NCBI RefSeq assembly: GCF_004353825.1
Contig: NZ_SMNA01000014.1
Span: 62,001 to 126,000, forward strand
Direction: 5' to 3'
Origin: Occultella glacieicola
GTDB lineage: Bacteria; Actinomycetota; Actinomycetes; Actinomycetales; Beutenbergiaceae
DNA length: 64,000 bases
Shown piece by piece: positions 1-12,914 of the stretch. How positions within the stretch are numbered: the first letter of the stretch is position 1; each line of letters starts with the position of its first letter. The notes under the pieces are model-generated. The model had not been told where the DNA came from, searched no databases, and was given only the letters and a program-made list of their open reading frames with translations. Made by a program: the position numbers and the translations under genes.

Positions 1-2
1 CC

Positions 3-383
<381 letters not shown>

Positions 384-1694
384 TCACGGGGCATCGGCCG
401 GGTCCACCACCTGCCCCATGAACACCGGCAGCCCGGTCGGCAGGTGCACGATCCGGTAGGCGAACGGCCGGTCCGCGCGGAACACCGGCGCCCCCTCGAC
501 CACCTCCGCGGACTCGGTGGCGGCGATCCCGGTGACCGCCCCGGCCACCGTGCCCGCGGCGTCCACCGTGATCGTGGCCTGGTGGGCGGCGGCCGAGATC
601 CACAGACCCGGTGCGATCCCGCTCAGGTCGGGTGCCGCGCCGAGGGTCTCGGTCAGGCCGGCCTCCCGCAGGCTCGGGCTCAGGTCGAGGCTGCTGGTGT
701 GCGACCACGTGGGCAGCGTGAGCTCCACGCTCACGGGCGCCGCGGCATCCAGCCCGGCCGCGGCCTCGGGCCAGCCGGCCGGGTCCCAGCGCAGCCCGGG
801 TGCCGGCAGCACCACGTCCATGGCGAAGGCCGCCGTGTACGGGATCCGCACCGCAGCGGTGCCGTTCTGCGTGGTCAGGTACGCCAGCTCGCGGGTGTCC
901 TCGAGGAACGCTGCCGTGGTCGTGGTGCCGTCGGGCCGGTGGAACTGCCCCAGTGCGGTCGCGTCGCTGAACGGCTCCTGCCAGGCCGCCGCGAGCCGGA
1001 CCGCGTTCAGCAGCGCCAGCCGGGTGGTCCGGTCGAAGGGCATCGGCGCCTCGTCGACCTCTCCCCCGGTGTGCTCGGCGACCCAGTCGTCGACGACCGC
1101 GCGCCCCGAGGCGGGTCCCCTGGCGGCGAAGTCCACCCGGAGCACGTCCGCGCCGTAGTGCGTCGCGAGGGCGTCCAGGAACGGCTGCTGCACCTCGAAG
1201 CCCTCCTGGACGAAGAGCTGGTCCGCGACGTGCAGCACCGGCTCGGGTGGCACCTGCCCGACCGTGACCTCGCCAGGGTCGCCCTCGTGGAGCTGGAGCT
1301 GGCCGAGCAGGGCATTCATGGCCTCCCCGCGGTACTCGGCCGGGAAACCCAGCGCCCGGTCCAGCTCGGCGGCGGTGGTGGTGGCGGCGCCCTCCCGGAG
1401 CATGGCGAACGCCACCATCACCGAGATCGGTGACACCACCAGGTTCTGGTCCGGGTCCGCGTTCAGGAGCCGGGCACCCAGGCCCGAGGTCGCGGCGACC
1501 ACAGTGGCGGCGGCGGCCGGCACGTCGGTGACGGCGACCGCGGCCCGCGGCGACCGCGACTCCAGGACCTCCGATCCGGTGGTCTCCCCGGTGGGGCTGG
1601 TGCACCCGGCCAGCAGCAGGAGGGCGGCCCCCAGCCCTGCCACCGCGGCCCGCACCGACCGTGTTGCGCCCGTCGACGCCGACCCGTGTCCCAT
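384..1694 (-). CDS. Serpin family protein, predicted lipoprotein
   Basis: Lipobox LLLLAGC; NLVVSPISV; LLNAVRLAAAWQEPF; reactive-loop hinge ITVDAAGTVAGAVT; C-terminal serpin signature FRADRPF...PVFMGQVVDP. Confidence 0.9.
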   Translation of the reverse strand: MGHGSASTGATRSVRAAVAGLGAALLLLAGCTSPTGETTGSEVLESRSPRAAVAVTDVPAAAATVVAATSGLGARLLNADPDQNLVVSPISVMVAFAMLREGAATTTAAELDRALGFPAEYRGEAMNALLGQLQLHEGDPGEVTVGQVPPEPVLHVADQLFVQEGFEVQQPFLDALATHYGADVLRVDFAARGPASGRAVVDDWVAEHTGGEVDEAPMPFDRTTRLALLNAVRLAAAWQEPFSDATALGQFHRPDGTTTTAAFLEDTRELAYLTTQNGTAAVRIPYTAAFAMDVVLPAPGLRWDPAGWPEAAAGLDAAAPVSVELTLPTWSHTSSLDLSPSLREAGLTETLGAAPDLSGIAPGLWISAAAHQATITVDAAGTVAGAVTGIAATESAEVVEGAPVFRADRPFAYRIVHLPTGLPVFMGQVVDPADAP

Positions 1695-1747
1695 GCCGAC
1701 GCAGCCTACCGGGGGTGACCATTGCCCCGATGGTGAAGGATGGGCCC

Positions 1748-3718
1748 ATGAGCGAGACCGACACCCGCACCGTGGCGCCGTTCGGCGCGTGGCCCTCCCC
1801 CCTCGGCGTCGCCGAGCTCACCGCGGGCACGGTCCGGCTCGGTGAGATCGCCCTCGACGGCGATGCGACCTATTGGCTCGAGGGCCGGCCGGCCGAGGGT
1901 GGCCGTCAGGCGCTGGTCCGGCGGGAGGCCGACGGCACCCTCACCGATGTCGTCGACGCAAGCTTCGACGTGCGCACCCGGGCCCACGAGTACGGCGGGG
2001 CGTCCTACGCGGTCACCCCCACCGGCGTGGTGCTCTCCCGGCGTGAGGACGACCTGCTCTACCGGGTGGACCGCCGGGCCGACGGCACCTTCTCCTCACC
2101 GGTCCCCCTCGTCCCGGCGGACGGCCGCCGGTACGCCGACCTCGAGGTGGACGCCGAGCGTGGACTGGTCTACGCCGTTGCCGAGGACCACGGCGCCGCC
2201 GGCGGCCAGCGCACCGACCCACGCACCACCCTGGTCTCGGTCCCGCTCGACGGCAGCGGCGCGAACACCGGCGGCGCGACCCCGTCCGCGATCGCGGTGC
2301 TCGTGGACGGTCCCGACTTCGTCACCTCGCCCCGGCTGAGCCCGGACGGCGCGGTCCTGGCCTGGATCACGTGGAACCACCCGGACATGCCCTGGGATGC
2401 GACCACGCTGCACGTCGCCTCCGTGGCCGACGGCGGGGGCCGGCTCCTGCATGAGCGTGCGCTCGCGGGTGGGCCGGGGGTGAGCGCGGCCGAGCCGCAG
2501 TGGACGCCGACGGGCGACCTCATCCACGTCGACGACCGCACCGGGTGGTGGAACCTGTACCGCACCGAGTTCGTCGAGGGTGAGGCCCGGACCCGGCACC
2601 TGCACCCCGCCGAGGCCGACTTCTCGATGCCCCAGTGGGGGTTCGGCCCGCGCACCCACGACGTCCTCGACGAGGCCCATCTGGTGGTGTCCTGGTCCAG
2701 CGGTGGCCACCGCTTCCTCGGTGCCATGCTGACCGCGAACGGACAGCTGGAGCGGTGGGACGGGGACTGGGAGCCGTGGGGCCCGGTCCGCGCGGACGGC
2801 GACCGGGTGGTCTTCCTCGGCGAGTCCGAGACCGAGCCGTCCGCCATCGTCGAGCTCGACCTGGCCCACGGGCACGTGAACGTCCTGCGGACCAGTGCGC
2901 GCCAGCACCTGGACCCGGCCGACATCTCCCGGCCCGAGGTCGTGCGCTGGCGCTCCGAGCTCGGGATCACGCACGGCTTCTTCTACCCGCCGACCTCGGC
3001 GCGCCTCGCCGCTCCGGACGGCGAACTGCCGCCGCTGCTGGTGTTCACCCACGGGGGCCCCACCGGCGCCACGTCCCCCGGATTCCGGCCGGGCGTCCAG
3101 TTCTGGACCACCCGTGGGTTCGCCGTCCTGGACGTGAACTACGGCGGCAGCACCGGCTACGGGCGCGCCTACCGGGACCGGCTCCGCGGCGCCTGGGGTC
3201 TGGCGGACGTGCGGGACTGCGCCGCCGGGGCACGCTGGCTCGCGGAGTCCGGCCGGGTCGACCCGGAGCGCCTTGCGATCCGCGGGGGCAGCGCCGGTGG
3301 CTTCACCACGCTCGCCGCCCTGACCTTCACGGACACGTTCACGGCCGGGGCCAGCCTCTACGGCATCGGGGACCTCGAGGCGCTGGCCCGGGACACCCAC
3401 AAGTTCGAGAGCCGCTACCTCGACTCCCTGATCGGGCCGTACCCGGCGCAGCGGGACCGGTACCTGGCCCGCTCCCCGATCCACCACACCGACCGGCTCA
3501 GCGCTCCGATGATCCTGCTGCAGGGCACGGAGGACCGGGTGGTACCCCGCGACCAGGCCGAGTCGATGGCCCGGGCCGTCCGTGACAAGGGCCTGCACGT
3601 GGAACTGGTCATGTTCGACGGCGAGGGCCACGGGTTCCGCCGCGCCGAGAACATCCAGGCCGCCGCGACGGCGGAGCTGGCCTTCTACGGCCAGGCGTTC
3701 GGTTTCAGGCCCGCCTGA
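1748..3718 (+). CDS. S9 family peptidase (prolyl oligopeptidase/acylaminoacyl peptidase-like)
   Basis: APFGAWPSP N-terminus, HGGPT, NYGGSTGYGR, catalytic GGSAGG, QGTEDRVV and GEGHGF; ATG at 1748 follows GAAGGA. Confidence 0.92.
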   Translation: MSETDTRTVAPFGAWPSPLGVAELTAGTVRLGEIALDGDATYWLEGRPAEGGRQALVRREADGTLTDVVDASFDVRTRAHEYGGASYAVTPTGVVLSRREDDLLYRVDRRADGTFSSPVPLVPADGRRYADLEVDAERGLVYAVAEDHGAAGGQRTDPRTTLVSVPLDGSGANTGGATPSAIAVLVDGPDFVTSPRLSPDGAVLAWITWNHPDMPWDATTLHVASVADGGGRLLHERALAGGPGVSAAEPQWTPTGDLIHVDDRTGWWNLYRTEFVEGEARTRHLHPAEADFSMPQWGFGPRTHDVLDEAHLVVSWSSGGHRFLGAMLTANGQLERWDGDWEPWGPVRADGDRVVFLGESETEPSAIVELDLAHGHVNVLRTSARQHLDPADISRPEVVRWRSELGITHGFFYPPTSARLAAPDGELPPLLVFTHGGPTGATSPGFRPGVQFWTTRGFAVLDVNYGGSTGYGRAYRDRLRGAWGLADVRDCAAGARWLAESGRVDPERLAIRGGSAGGFTTLAALTFTDTFTAGASLYGIGDLEALARDTHKFESRYLDSLIGPYPAQRDRYLARSPIHHTDRLSAPMILLQGTEDRVVPRDQAESMARAVRDKGLHVELVMFDGEGHGFRRAENIQAAATAELAFYGQAFGFRPA

Positions 3719-3726
3719 ACGTGTCG

Positions 3727-3787
3727 AGGCCCGACCGGGCCCTAGCAGCGCGTGGATCCGCGCGCTGCCGGGGGCCCGGACGGGCCT
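3727..3787. terminator. Long imperfect hairpin between convergent S9 peptidase and acnA (bidirectional terminator candidate)
   Basis: Arms of about 30 bp centred on GGATCC at 3754-3759 (AGGCCCGACCGGGCCC..GCAGCGCG / CGCGCTGC..GGGCCCGGACGGGCCT). Confidence 0.65.
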
Positions 3788-3796
3788 ACGGCCGGC

Positions 3797-6565
<2,769 letters not shown>

Positions 6566-6638
6566 AACCACTCCTCGGCTGGGTCTCGCGGGTCGTCATC
6601 GCATCCTCGCACTTAACGCGACGACCGCATGAGGTAAT

Positions 6639-9092
6639 TTATCTCGATGTCGAGATATCGTATCGCACTTCCGCCGCCGGGTGCACCTCGGCCGCCCCCG
6701 GGTGCAGCGCCCGACGGCGGTACGCCAGCTCGATCACGAGGCACCCCAGGCCGGCCGTGACGGCCACGAGCACGGCCGTGAACGGCTCCGGGAGCTCGAG
6801 GGCGAAGAACGTCCGGACCGGCGGCACGGCGAGCGCCAGGACGGCGCCGCCGGCCATGGCCGCGAACAGCAGGATCCTCCACCAGTTCCAGGGCCGGGCC
6901 AGGGCGCCGAGCAGCCAGAGCCCCATGATGACCAGGGTCAGGGTGGCGCCGGTGTTCGCCTGCAGGCCGGCGTCCCGGGCATGGAGGGTGCCGTAGACGA
7001 CGAGCACCGCGACGGCGGAGGCGATGCCGCACGGGATGGACAGGGACAGCACCCGGGGCAGGAAGCCGGGCACGTAGCGCTGCCGGGTCGGGGCCAGGGC
7101 AAGGAAGAACGCCGGGGTGCCGATGGTCAGGGCCCCGACCAGGGTCAGGTGCCGGGGCAGGAACGGGTAGGGCCACGCGGTGATGGCCACCACGATCGCG
7201 AGCAGCACCGCGTAGGTGGTCTTGTTCAGGAACAGGGAGGCGACCCGTTCCATGTTCGCGATCACCCGGCGGCCCTCGTCGACCACGCCGGGCAGGGTGG
7301 CGAACCGGCCGTCCAGGAGCACCAGCCGGGCCACGGCCTTCGTGGCCGCCGCCCCCGAGCCCATCGCGATCCCGAGGTCCGCGTCCTTCAGGGCGAGGGC
7401 GTCGTTGACGCCGTCACCGGTCATCGCGACCGTGTGCCCGCGGGACTGGAGCGCGTGCACGAACGCCCGCTTCTGCTCCGGGGTGACTCGCCCGAACACC
7501 TGCTCCCGGGTGACCTGATCGGCCAGTTCCTCCCCGTCGGCGGGCAGGGTGCGGGCATCCACGCCGGTGACTGCGCCGTCGCTGCCATCGGTGCCACTGC
7601 GGCCGAGCCCGACGAGGCCCGCGATCGCCGCGACCGTGGCCGGGTTGTCCCCCGAGATCACCTTCACGGTGACCCCCTGCGCCGCGAAGTAGGCGAGGGT
7701 CTGGGCGGCGTCCGGACGCACGTGTTCGCGCAGCACCACCAGGTAGGCCGGCCGCAGGTCCCGCGGGGGCGCCTCACCGGCCACTGTGGGCGCGGTGGGT
7801 GCATCGGCCGGGGCGGCGGCCAGCACTAACACCCGGGCGCCGGTGTCGGCGAGCTCGTGCACCCGTGCCAGCACGCCGTCGTCCGGGTCGAGGAGCACCT
7901 CGGGTGCCCCGAACACCCAGGTGCCCTCGCCGGTGGACAGGGCGCTCCACTTCCGCGCCGACGAGAACGGCACCAGGACCTGCGCGGCCGGGGCCGGGAC
8001 GTCCGCCACCCCGGGGGCGATCGCGGCGGCGGAGGCGTTCGCGTCCGGATCGGCGGCCAGCGCCGCCAGGGCGGCCCGGGCGCCGGGCGTCGGGGTCAGT
8101 TCGATCAGCTCGGACAGGCCGACCGTGCCGTCGGTGAGGGTGCCGGTCTTGTCCAGGCAGAGCACATCCACCCGGGCCAGGACCTCGACGGCCGGCAGCT
8201 CCTGGACGAGCACCTTGCGCCGGGCCAGCACGATCGCGGCCAGGGCGAAGTTGATCGAGGTGAGCAGGACCAGGCCCTCCGGCACCATGCCGACGACGCC
8301 GGCGACGGCGGACACCACCGCCCCGCGCCAGGTCCCGTCGGCGAGGGCGAGGTCGAGCCCCCCGTGGTGGCGGATCTGGCTCCAGACCAGCAGCGCCGCG
8401 ATCGGCACGATCGCCCAGGACACGTACACCAGGATCCGGTTGATGCCCGAGCGGAGCTCGGAGTTCACCAGCGAGAACCGCCGCACCTGCGCCGTCAGGC
8501 GGTTCGCGTAACCCTCCGTGCCGACCCGGGTGGCCCGGACCACCGCCGAGCCGGCCACGACCGCGGACCCGGAGAGCACCTCGTCGCCCGGCCGCTTGCC
8601 CACCGGCTCGCTCTCGCCGGTGAGCATCGACTCGTCGATCTCGGCGCCGCGGCTGGACAGCACCTCGCCGTCGGCGGGCACCTGGTCGCCGAGCCGGAGC
8701 AGCAGCACGTCGTCGGTGACGATCTCGTGGAGGTCGACGACCTGCTCGGCGCCGTCACGCAGGACGGTCGCGTTCGGGGCGTCGAGGATCGCGAGGCGGT
8801 CCAGGGTGCGCTTGGCCCGGTACTCGGTGAGGCCGCCGATGAGTGCGTTCGACAGGAGCACGAACCCGAACACGGCGTCCTGCCAGCTCCCGACGAGCAG
8901 GACCACCACCAGCGCGGTGCCGAGGATGGCGTTGAACAACGTGAACAGGTTGCCGCGGATGATGGCGGCCAGGCTCCGCGAGGAGGACTCCGGGGCGACG
9001 TTCACCTCGCCCCGGGCGACCCGGGCCGCGACGTCCGCGGCGCTCAGCCCGCGTCCGGGATCGGTCGTGTTCGTCCGGGGTGGCGTGCTCAT
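6639..9092 (-). CDS. Cation-translocating P-type ATPase (CtpE-like)
   Basis: DESMLTGES, VPEGL, phosphorylation site DKTGTLT, SGDN and MTGDGVNDALALK; ATG overlaps the upstream stop (TGATG). Confidence 0.93.
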   Translation of the reverse strand: MSTPPRTNTTDPGRGLSAADVAARVARGEVNVAPESSSRSLAAIIRGNLFTLFNAILGTALVVVLLVGSWQDAVFGFVLLSNALIGGLTEYRAKRTLDRLAILDAPNATVLRDGAEQVVDLHEIVTDDVLLLRLGDQVPADGEVLSSRGAEIDESMLTGESEPVGKRPGDEVLSGSAVVAGSAVVRATRVGTEGYANRLTAQVRRFSLVNSELRSGINRILVYVSWAIVPIAALLVWSQIRHHGGLDLALADGTWRGAVVSAVAGVVGMVPEGLVLLTSINFALAAIVLARRKVLVQELPAVEVLARVDVLCLDKTGTLTDGTVGLSELIELTPTPGARAALAALAADPDANASAAAIAPGVADVPAPAAQVLVPFSSARKWSALSTGEGTWVFGAPEVLLDPDDGVLARVHELADTGARVLVLAAAPADAPTAPTVAGEAPPRDLRPAYLVVLREHVRPDAAQTLAYFAAQGVTVKVISGDNPATVAAIAGLVGLGRSGTDGSDGAVTGVDARTLPADGEELADQVTREQVFGRVTPEQKRAFVHALQSRGHTVAMTGDGVNDALALKDADLGIAMGSGAAATKAVARLVLLDGRFATLPGVVDEGRRVIANMERVASLFLNKTTYAVLLAIVVAITAWPYPFLPRHLTLVGALTIGTPAFFLALAPTRQRYVPGFLPRVLSLSIPCGIASAVAVLVVYGTLHARDAGLQANTGATLTLVIMGLWLLGALARPWNWWRILLFAAMAGGAVLALAVPPVRTFFALELPEPFTAVLVAVTAGLGCLVIELAYRRRALHPGAAEVHPAAEVRYDISTSR
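6640..6657. promoter_or_regulatory. 18-bp palindromic operator, TamR/UrtR (MarR family) type, upstream of acnA
   Basis: TATCTCGA-TG-TCGAGATA with perfect 8-bp arms, about 75 bp upstream of the acnA start; resembles the Streptomyces TamR site known at aconitase promoters. Confidence 0.75.
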
Positions 9093-10420
9093 CACGTGGT
9101 CGTGCGCGTCAGGACCGCGACGCACTCCACGTGGTGGGTGTGCGGGAACAGGTCGAACGCCCGCAGGAAACTCAGCTCATGTCCTCGCTCACGCGCGTGC
9201 GCGACGTCCCGGGCCAGCGCCGCCGGGTCGCAGGCCACGTAGACGACCCGCTCCGGGGCGGCCGCGAGGACGGCGTCCATGACGTCCCCGCCGGCGCCGG
9301 CGCGGGGCGGGTCCAGGACCACCACATCGGGGCGGGCAGGGCGGCCGGGGCGGGCAGGGCTATGGGTGCCGGCTGGGCCGCTGTCCGCGTCGAGGACGGC
9401 CGCGACATCCCCGCCGTGCAGCACCACCTGGTCGAGTCCGTGCACGTTCCGGCGGGCGTCGGTCACCGCCCGCTCGTCACCCTCGACGGCGTCGACGCGG
9501 CCCTGCGACCCGACGGCCTCGGCGAGCGGCACGGTGAACAGCCCGGCGCCGGAGTACAGGTCCCAGACGGCTGCGCCGGGACCGACCGCGGCTGCGTCCA
9601 GCACGGCGTCGACGAGGATCGCCGGGGCATCGACGTGCGTCTGCCAGAACCCGCTCCCGGCGACCCGGTACCGGTACTCGGACCCGTCGGCGAGGCGGAC
9701 CCGCTCGCGGACGTTGCGACGGTCGCCGCGCAGCGGCTCGCCGTCGACGAGAACGAGCACGTCGCCGTCGGCCGGGGCGACCGCCTCGATCGTGGCCCCC
9801 GGGCGCCAGGTGCGCCCGAACAGGTCGGCAGCGACGATCGGCGCGAGGGCGAGCGGCATGTCCGTCAGCGCGAGCACCTCGTGCGAGCGGTACCGGTGCA
9901 TGCCCGCCCGGCCCTCGCCGTCGGCCACGAGTTCGATCCGGGTCCGGGTGTGCAGCCCGCGTCGCGCCGCGTCCCCTGGCGGGCGTTCGACGTGCAGGCG
10001 GGCGAGCGCCGGATGCTCGGGAGGCAGGTGCCCGATCCGGCGGAGCGCGTCGGCGATCACGTCGCGCTTCCAGGCCAGCTGGCCCGGCAGGCTCACGTGG
10101 CCGAGCTCGCCGCCACCGACCCCACCGGGTCCGGCCGCCCGCCACACCGACTCCACCCGGTCCGGCGAGGGGACCAGGACCTCGGTCGCATCGGCCCGCC
10201 AGTACCCCTTGCGGCGGGCCTCGGTCAGGACCGCGCGGACCCGTTCGCCCGGCAGGGCGTGACGCACGAAGACGATCCGGCCGTCGTGGCGGGCCAGGCA
10301 GTGACCGCCGTGCACCGGCGCGCCGACATCGAGGGTGAGCAGGTCGCCGACAGCACCCGGCCGGCCCGACCCGCCCGATCTGCCGGATCCGGGTGCCGTC
10401 CGGCCGAGCTCAGTCGCCAC
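9092..10420 (-). CDS. TRAM-domain class I SAM-dependent RNA m5U methyltransferase (RlmD/TrmA family)
   Basis: N-terminal TRAM (VHGGHCLAR..FVRHALPGERV), FWQ, DLYSGAGLF, LDPPRAG, YVACDP and DLFPHTHHVE; start uncertain. Confidence 0.9.
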   Translation of the reverse strand: MATELGRTAPGSGRSGGSGRPGAVGDLLTLDVGAPVHGGHCLARHDGRIVFVRHALPGERVRAVLTEARRKGYWRADATEVLVPSPDRVESVWRAAGPGGVGGGELGHVSLPGQLAWKRDVIADALRRIGHLPPEHPALARLHVERPPGDAARRGLHTRTRIELVADGEGRAGMHRYRSHEVLALTDMPLALAPIVAADLFGRTWRPGATIEAVAPADGDVLVLVDGEPLRGDRRNVRERVRLADGSEYRYRVAGSGFWQTHVDAPAILVDAVLDAAAVGPGAAVWDLYSGAGLFTVPLAEAVGSQGRVDAVEGDERAVTDARRNVHGLDQVVLHGGDVAAVLDADSGPAGTHSPARPGRPARPDVVVLDPPRAGAGGDVMDAVLAAAPERVVYVACDPAALARDVAHARERGHELSFLRAFDLFPHTHHVECVAVLTRTTT

Positions 10421-12437
10421 GTCGCACCATGCCCGGCGCGGGCAGGTCACCGAGTCGCTCACCCGGGTCCTCGGGGTTGACCAGGGTCCGTGCCGAGGAC
10501 GCCAGCTGCCACGGCACGGACGCCATCACCACCCCCGGGGTGTAGAGCAGGCGGGACTTCAGCCGCAGCGCGCTCTGGTTGTGCAGGATCCGCTCCCACC
10601 AGTGCCCCACGACGTACTCGGGCACGTAGACGACCACGAGGTCGCGGGGGGACTCGCGACGGATCGACTTCACGTACTCCAGGACCGGACGGGTCAGGTC
10701 CCGGTACGGGGAGTCCAGGACGGTCAGTGGCAGCGGCACCCCGGTCGCGTCCCAGTCGCGGCGGACCTGCTCCGCGGCGGCCCGGTCCACGGCCACCGTG
10801 ATCGCCTGCAGCGTGGACGGCCGGGTGGCCCGGGCGTACGCCAGGGCCCGCATCGTCGGCTTGTGCACCTTGGACACGAGCACGATCGCGTGCACCCGGC
10901 TGGGCAGGGTGCGGGCCTCGGTGACGTCGTCGATGGCGAGCTCGTCCGCGACCTGCTGGTAGTGCCGCCGGACGAAGACCATGACCGCGAACAGCAACCC
11001 CATCAGGCCGAGTGCGATCCACGCGCCGTGCGTGAACTTCGTGATCAGCACGACGCCGAGGACCACCGCCGTGAGCGCGAACCCGAACGCGTTGATCGCC
11101 CGGGACCGCTTCATGGTGGCCCGTTCCTTGGCCGCGACCACGCTCGGCAGGCGCTCGTTCCAGTGCCGGATCATGCCGAGCTGGCCGAGGGTGAAGGACA
11201 CGAACACGCCCACGATGTACAGCTGGATCAGCCGGGTCACCTCGGCGTCGAAGATCCAGATGAGCGTGATCGCGGCCACGGCCAGGATGATGATCCCGTT
11301 GGAGAACGCCAGCCGGTCCCCGCGTGTGTACAGCTGCCGCGGCAGGTAGCCGTCCTTGCTCAGGATGGAGGCGAGCGTGGGGAACCCGTTGAACGCCGTG
11401 TTCGCCGCGAGCAGCAGGATCAGTCCGGTCGCCGCGGTCACCAGGTAGAACATCGGCGGAAAGCCCGCGAACACGGTCTGGGCGAGCTGGCCGATCACCG
11501 GATCCTGCTCGTAGCCCTCCGGCACCGGCTGCCCGTCCAGGGTCAGCTGCAGGTGCGGGTCCTGGACGAACCGGATCTGGGTGGCCTGTGCCAGCCCGAT
11601 CACCGTCATCAGCATGATCGCGCCGATCAGCCCGAGCAGCACCAGCGTGGCCGCCGCGTTCTTCGACTTCGGCTTGCGGAAAGCTGGCACCCCGTTGCTG
11701 ATCGCCTCGACCCCGGTCAGGGCGGCGGCGCCGGAGGAGAACGCGCGCAGCACCAGGAAGGCACCGGCCAGCCCCATCAGGCCGGCCTCGTAGCCCGGCT
11801 CGGCGAGCACGTCGAACTGGGCGCTCTCGGCGGTGCCCAGGGTCCCGGTGAGCCATTGGATGCCACCGACGAGGGCCATCACGCCCATGGCGGCCATGAA
11901 CAGGTACACCGGGACGGCGAAGGACGTGCCGGACTCCCGCACGCCGCGCAGGTTGATCAGCGCGATCAGCGTGACCAGCCCGATCGCCACGATCGCCTCA
12001 TGTCCGCGGGCGGCCGGGAACGCGGTGGCCAGGTAGTGGGATCCGGAGGAGACGGACACGGCGACGGTCAGCACGTAGTCGACCTCCAATGCGCTCGCGA
12101 CGGTCAGCCCGGCACGCGGCCCCAGGTTCGTGGTGGCCACCTCGTAGTCGCCACCGCCGGAGGGATAGGCACGGACGGTCTGCCGGTAGGAGGCCACGAC
12201 CGCGAGCATGACGACGACGACGACGAGCCCGACCCACGGCGAGATCGTGTAGGACGCCAGTCCCGCCAGGGACAACGTGAGCAGGATCTCGTCGGGCGCG
12301 TAGGCGACCGACGAGAGGGCGTCGGAGGCGAACACCGGCAGCGCGATCCGCTTCGGCAGCAGCGTGTGCCCGAGGCGCTCGCTGCGGACCGGGCGCCCGA
12401 CGAGGATGCGCTTGGCGGCATCGGTGAGATCAGGCAC
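10410..12437 (-). CDS. APC-family permease, KimA-like K+ transporter with cytosolic C-terminal domain
   Basis: PVFASDALSSVAYA, YPSGGGDY, LTGVEAISNGVPAF, many hydrophobic segments and a soluble C-terminus (SPYRDL..HWWERILHNQSA). Confidence 0.88.
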   Translation of the reverse strand: MPDLTDAAKRILVGRPVRSERLGHTLLPKRIALPVFASDALSSVAYAPDEILLTLSLAGLASYTISPWVGLVVVVVMLAVVASYRQTVRAYPSGGGDYEVATTNLGPRAGLTVASALEVDYVLTVAVSVSSGSHYLATAFPAARGHEAIVAIGLVTLIALINLRGVRESGTSFAVPVYLFMAAMGVMALVGGIQWLTGTLGTAESAQFDVLAEPGYEAGLMGLAGAFLVLRAFSSGAAALTGVEAISNGVPAFRKPKSKNAAATLVLLGLIGAIMLMTVIGLAQATQIRFVQDPHLQLTLDGQPVPEGYEQDPVIGQLAQTVFAGFPPMFYLVTAATGLILLLAANTAFNGFPTLASILSKDGYLPRQLYTRGDRLAFSNGIIILAVAAITLIWIFDAEVTRLIQLYIVGVFVSFTLGQLGMIRHWNERLPSVVAAKERATMKRSRAINAFGFALTAVVLGVVLITKFTHGAWIALGLMGLLFAVMVFVRRHYQQVADELAIDDVTEARTLPSRVHAIVLVSKVHKPTMRALAYARATRPSTLQAITVAVDRAAAEQVRRDWDATGVPLPLTVLDSPYRDLTRPVLEYVKSIRRESPRDLVVVYVPEYVVGHWWERILHNQSALRLKSRLLYTPGVVMASVPWQLASSARTLVNPEDPGERLGDLPAPGMVRRGD

Positions 12438-12465
12438 GGTGGCTCACTGTACGCGCCGATCCGCG

Positions 12466-12846
12466 CTAACGCTCCCGCATCGTGAGCGTCTCGAGCGAGC
12501 GTGTCGCGCGCAGGATCCTCGCCACCACGAAGGGCGCCCAGGACGCCTTCTCGTCCCGGCCGAGCACCGGGTCGGTGAGTTCGACCGTGCGGCCGCGGGT
12601 ACGGACGCGGGCGCCGCCCGCCGCGAGGACGTTGCGGACCCAGTCCGTCTCCGGCCCGTAGGTCAGGGCGAACACGTAGGCACCGTCCCTCACGAACACG
12701 TTGACCGGAATCGTGTACGCGGCACCGGACCTGCGCCCGGTATGGGTGAGCAGACCGAAACCCGGCAGCCTGGGCGCGACATGCCGCATGACCGGGTTCA
12801 GGTACTTCTTGTTGCGCTCGGCGGCCTTGCGGGACAGTGGGCTCAT
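12466..12846 (-). CDS. Nitroreductase-family deazaflavin-dependent oxidoreductase (Ddn/FDOR-A-like)
   Basis: LLTHTGRRSG..YTIPV and LTYG..TDWVRNVLAAG motifs; GGAGG RBS upstream. Confidence 0.8.
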   Translation of the reverse strand: MSPLSRKAAERNKKYLNPVMRHVAPRLPGFGLLTHTGRRSGAAYTIPVNVFVRDGAYVFALTYGPETDWVRNVLAAGGARVRTRGRTVELTDPVLGRDEKASWAPFVVARILRATRSLETLTMRER

Positions 12847-12914
12847 CGGTTGCTCGGTCCTCCGGTGGCTGGTGCCGACGCCGCCACCGTACTCCCGGTG
12901 TAGCGTCTGGGATC

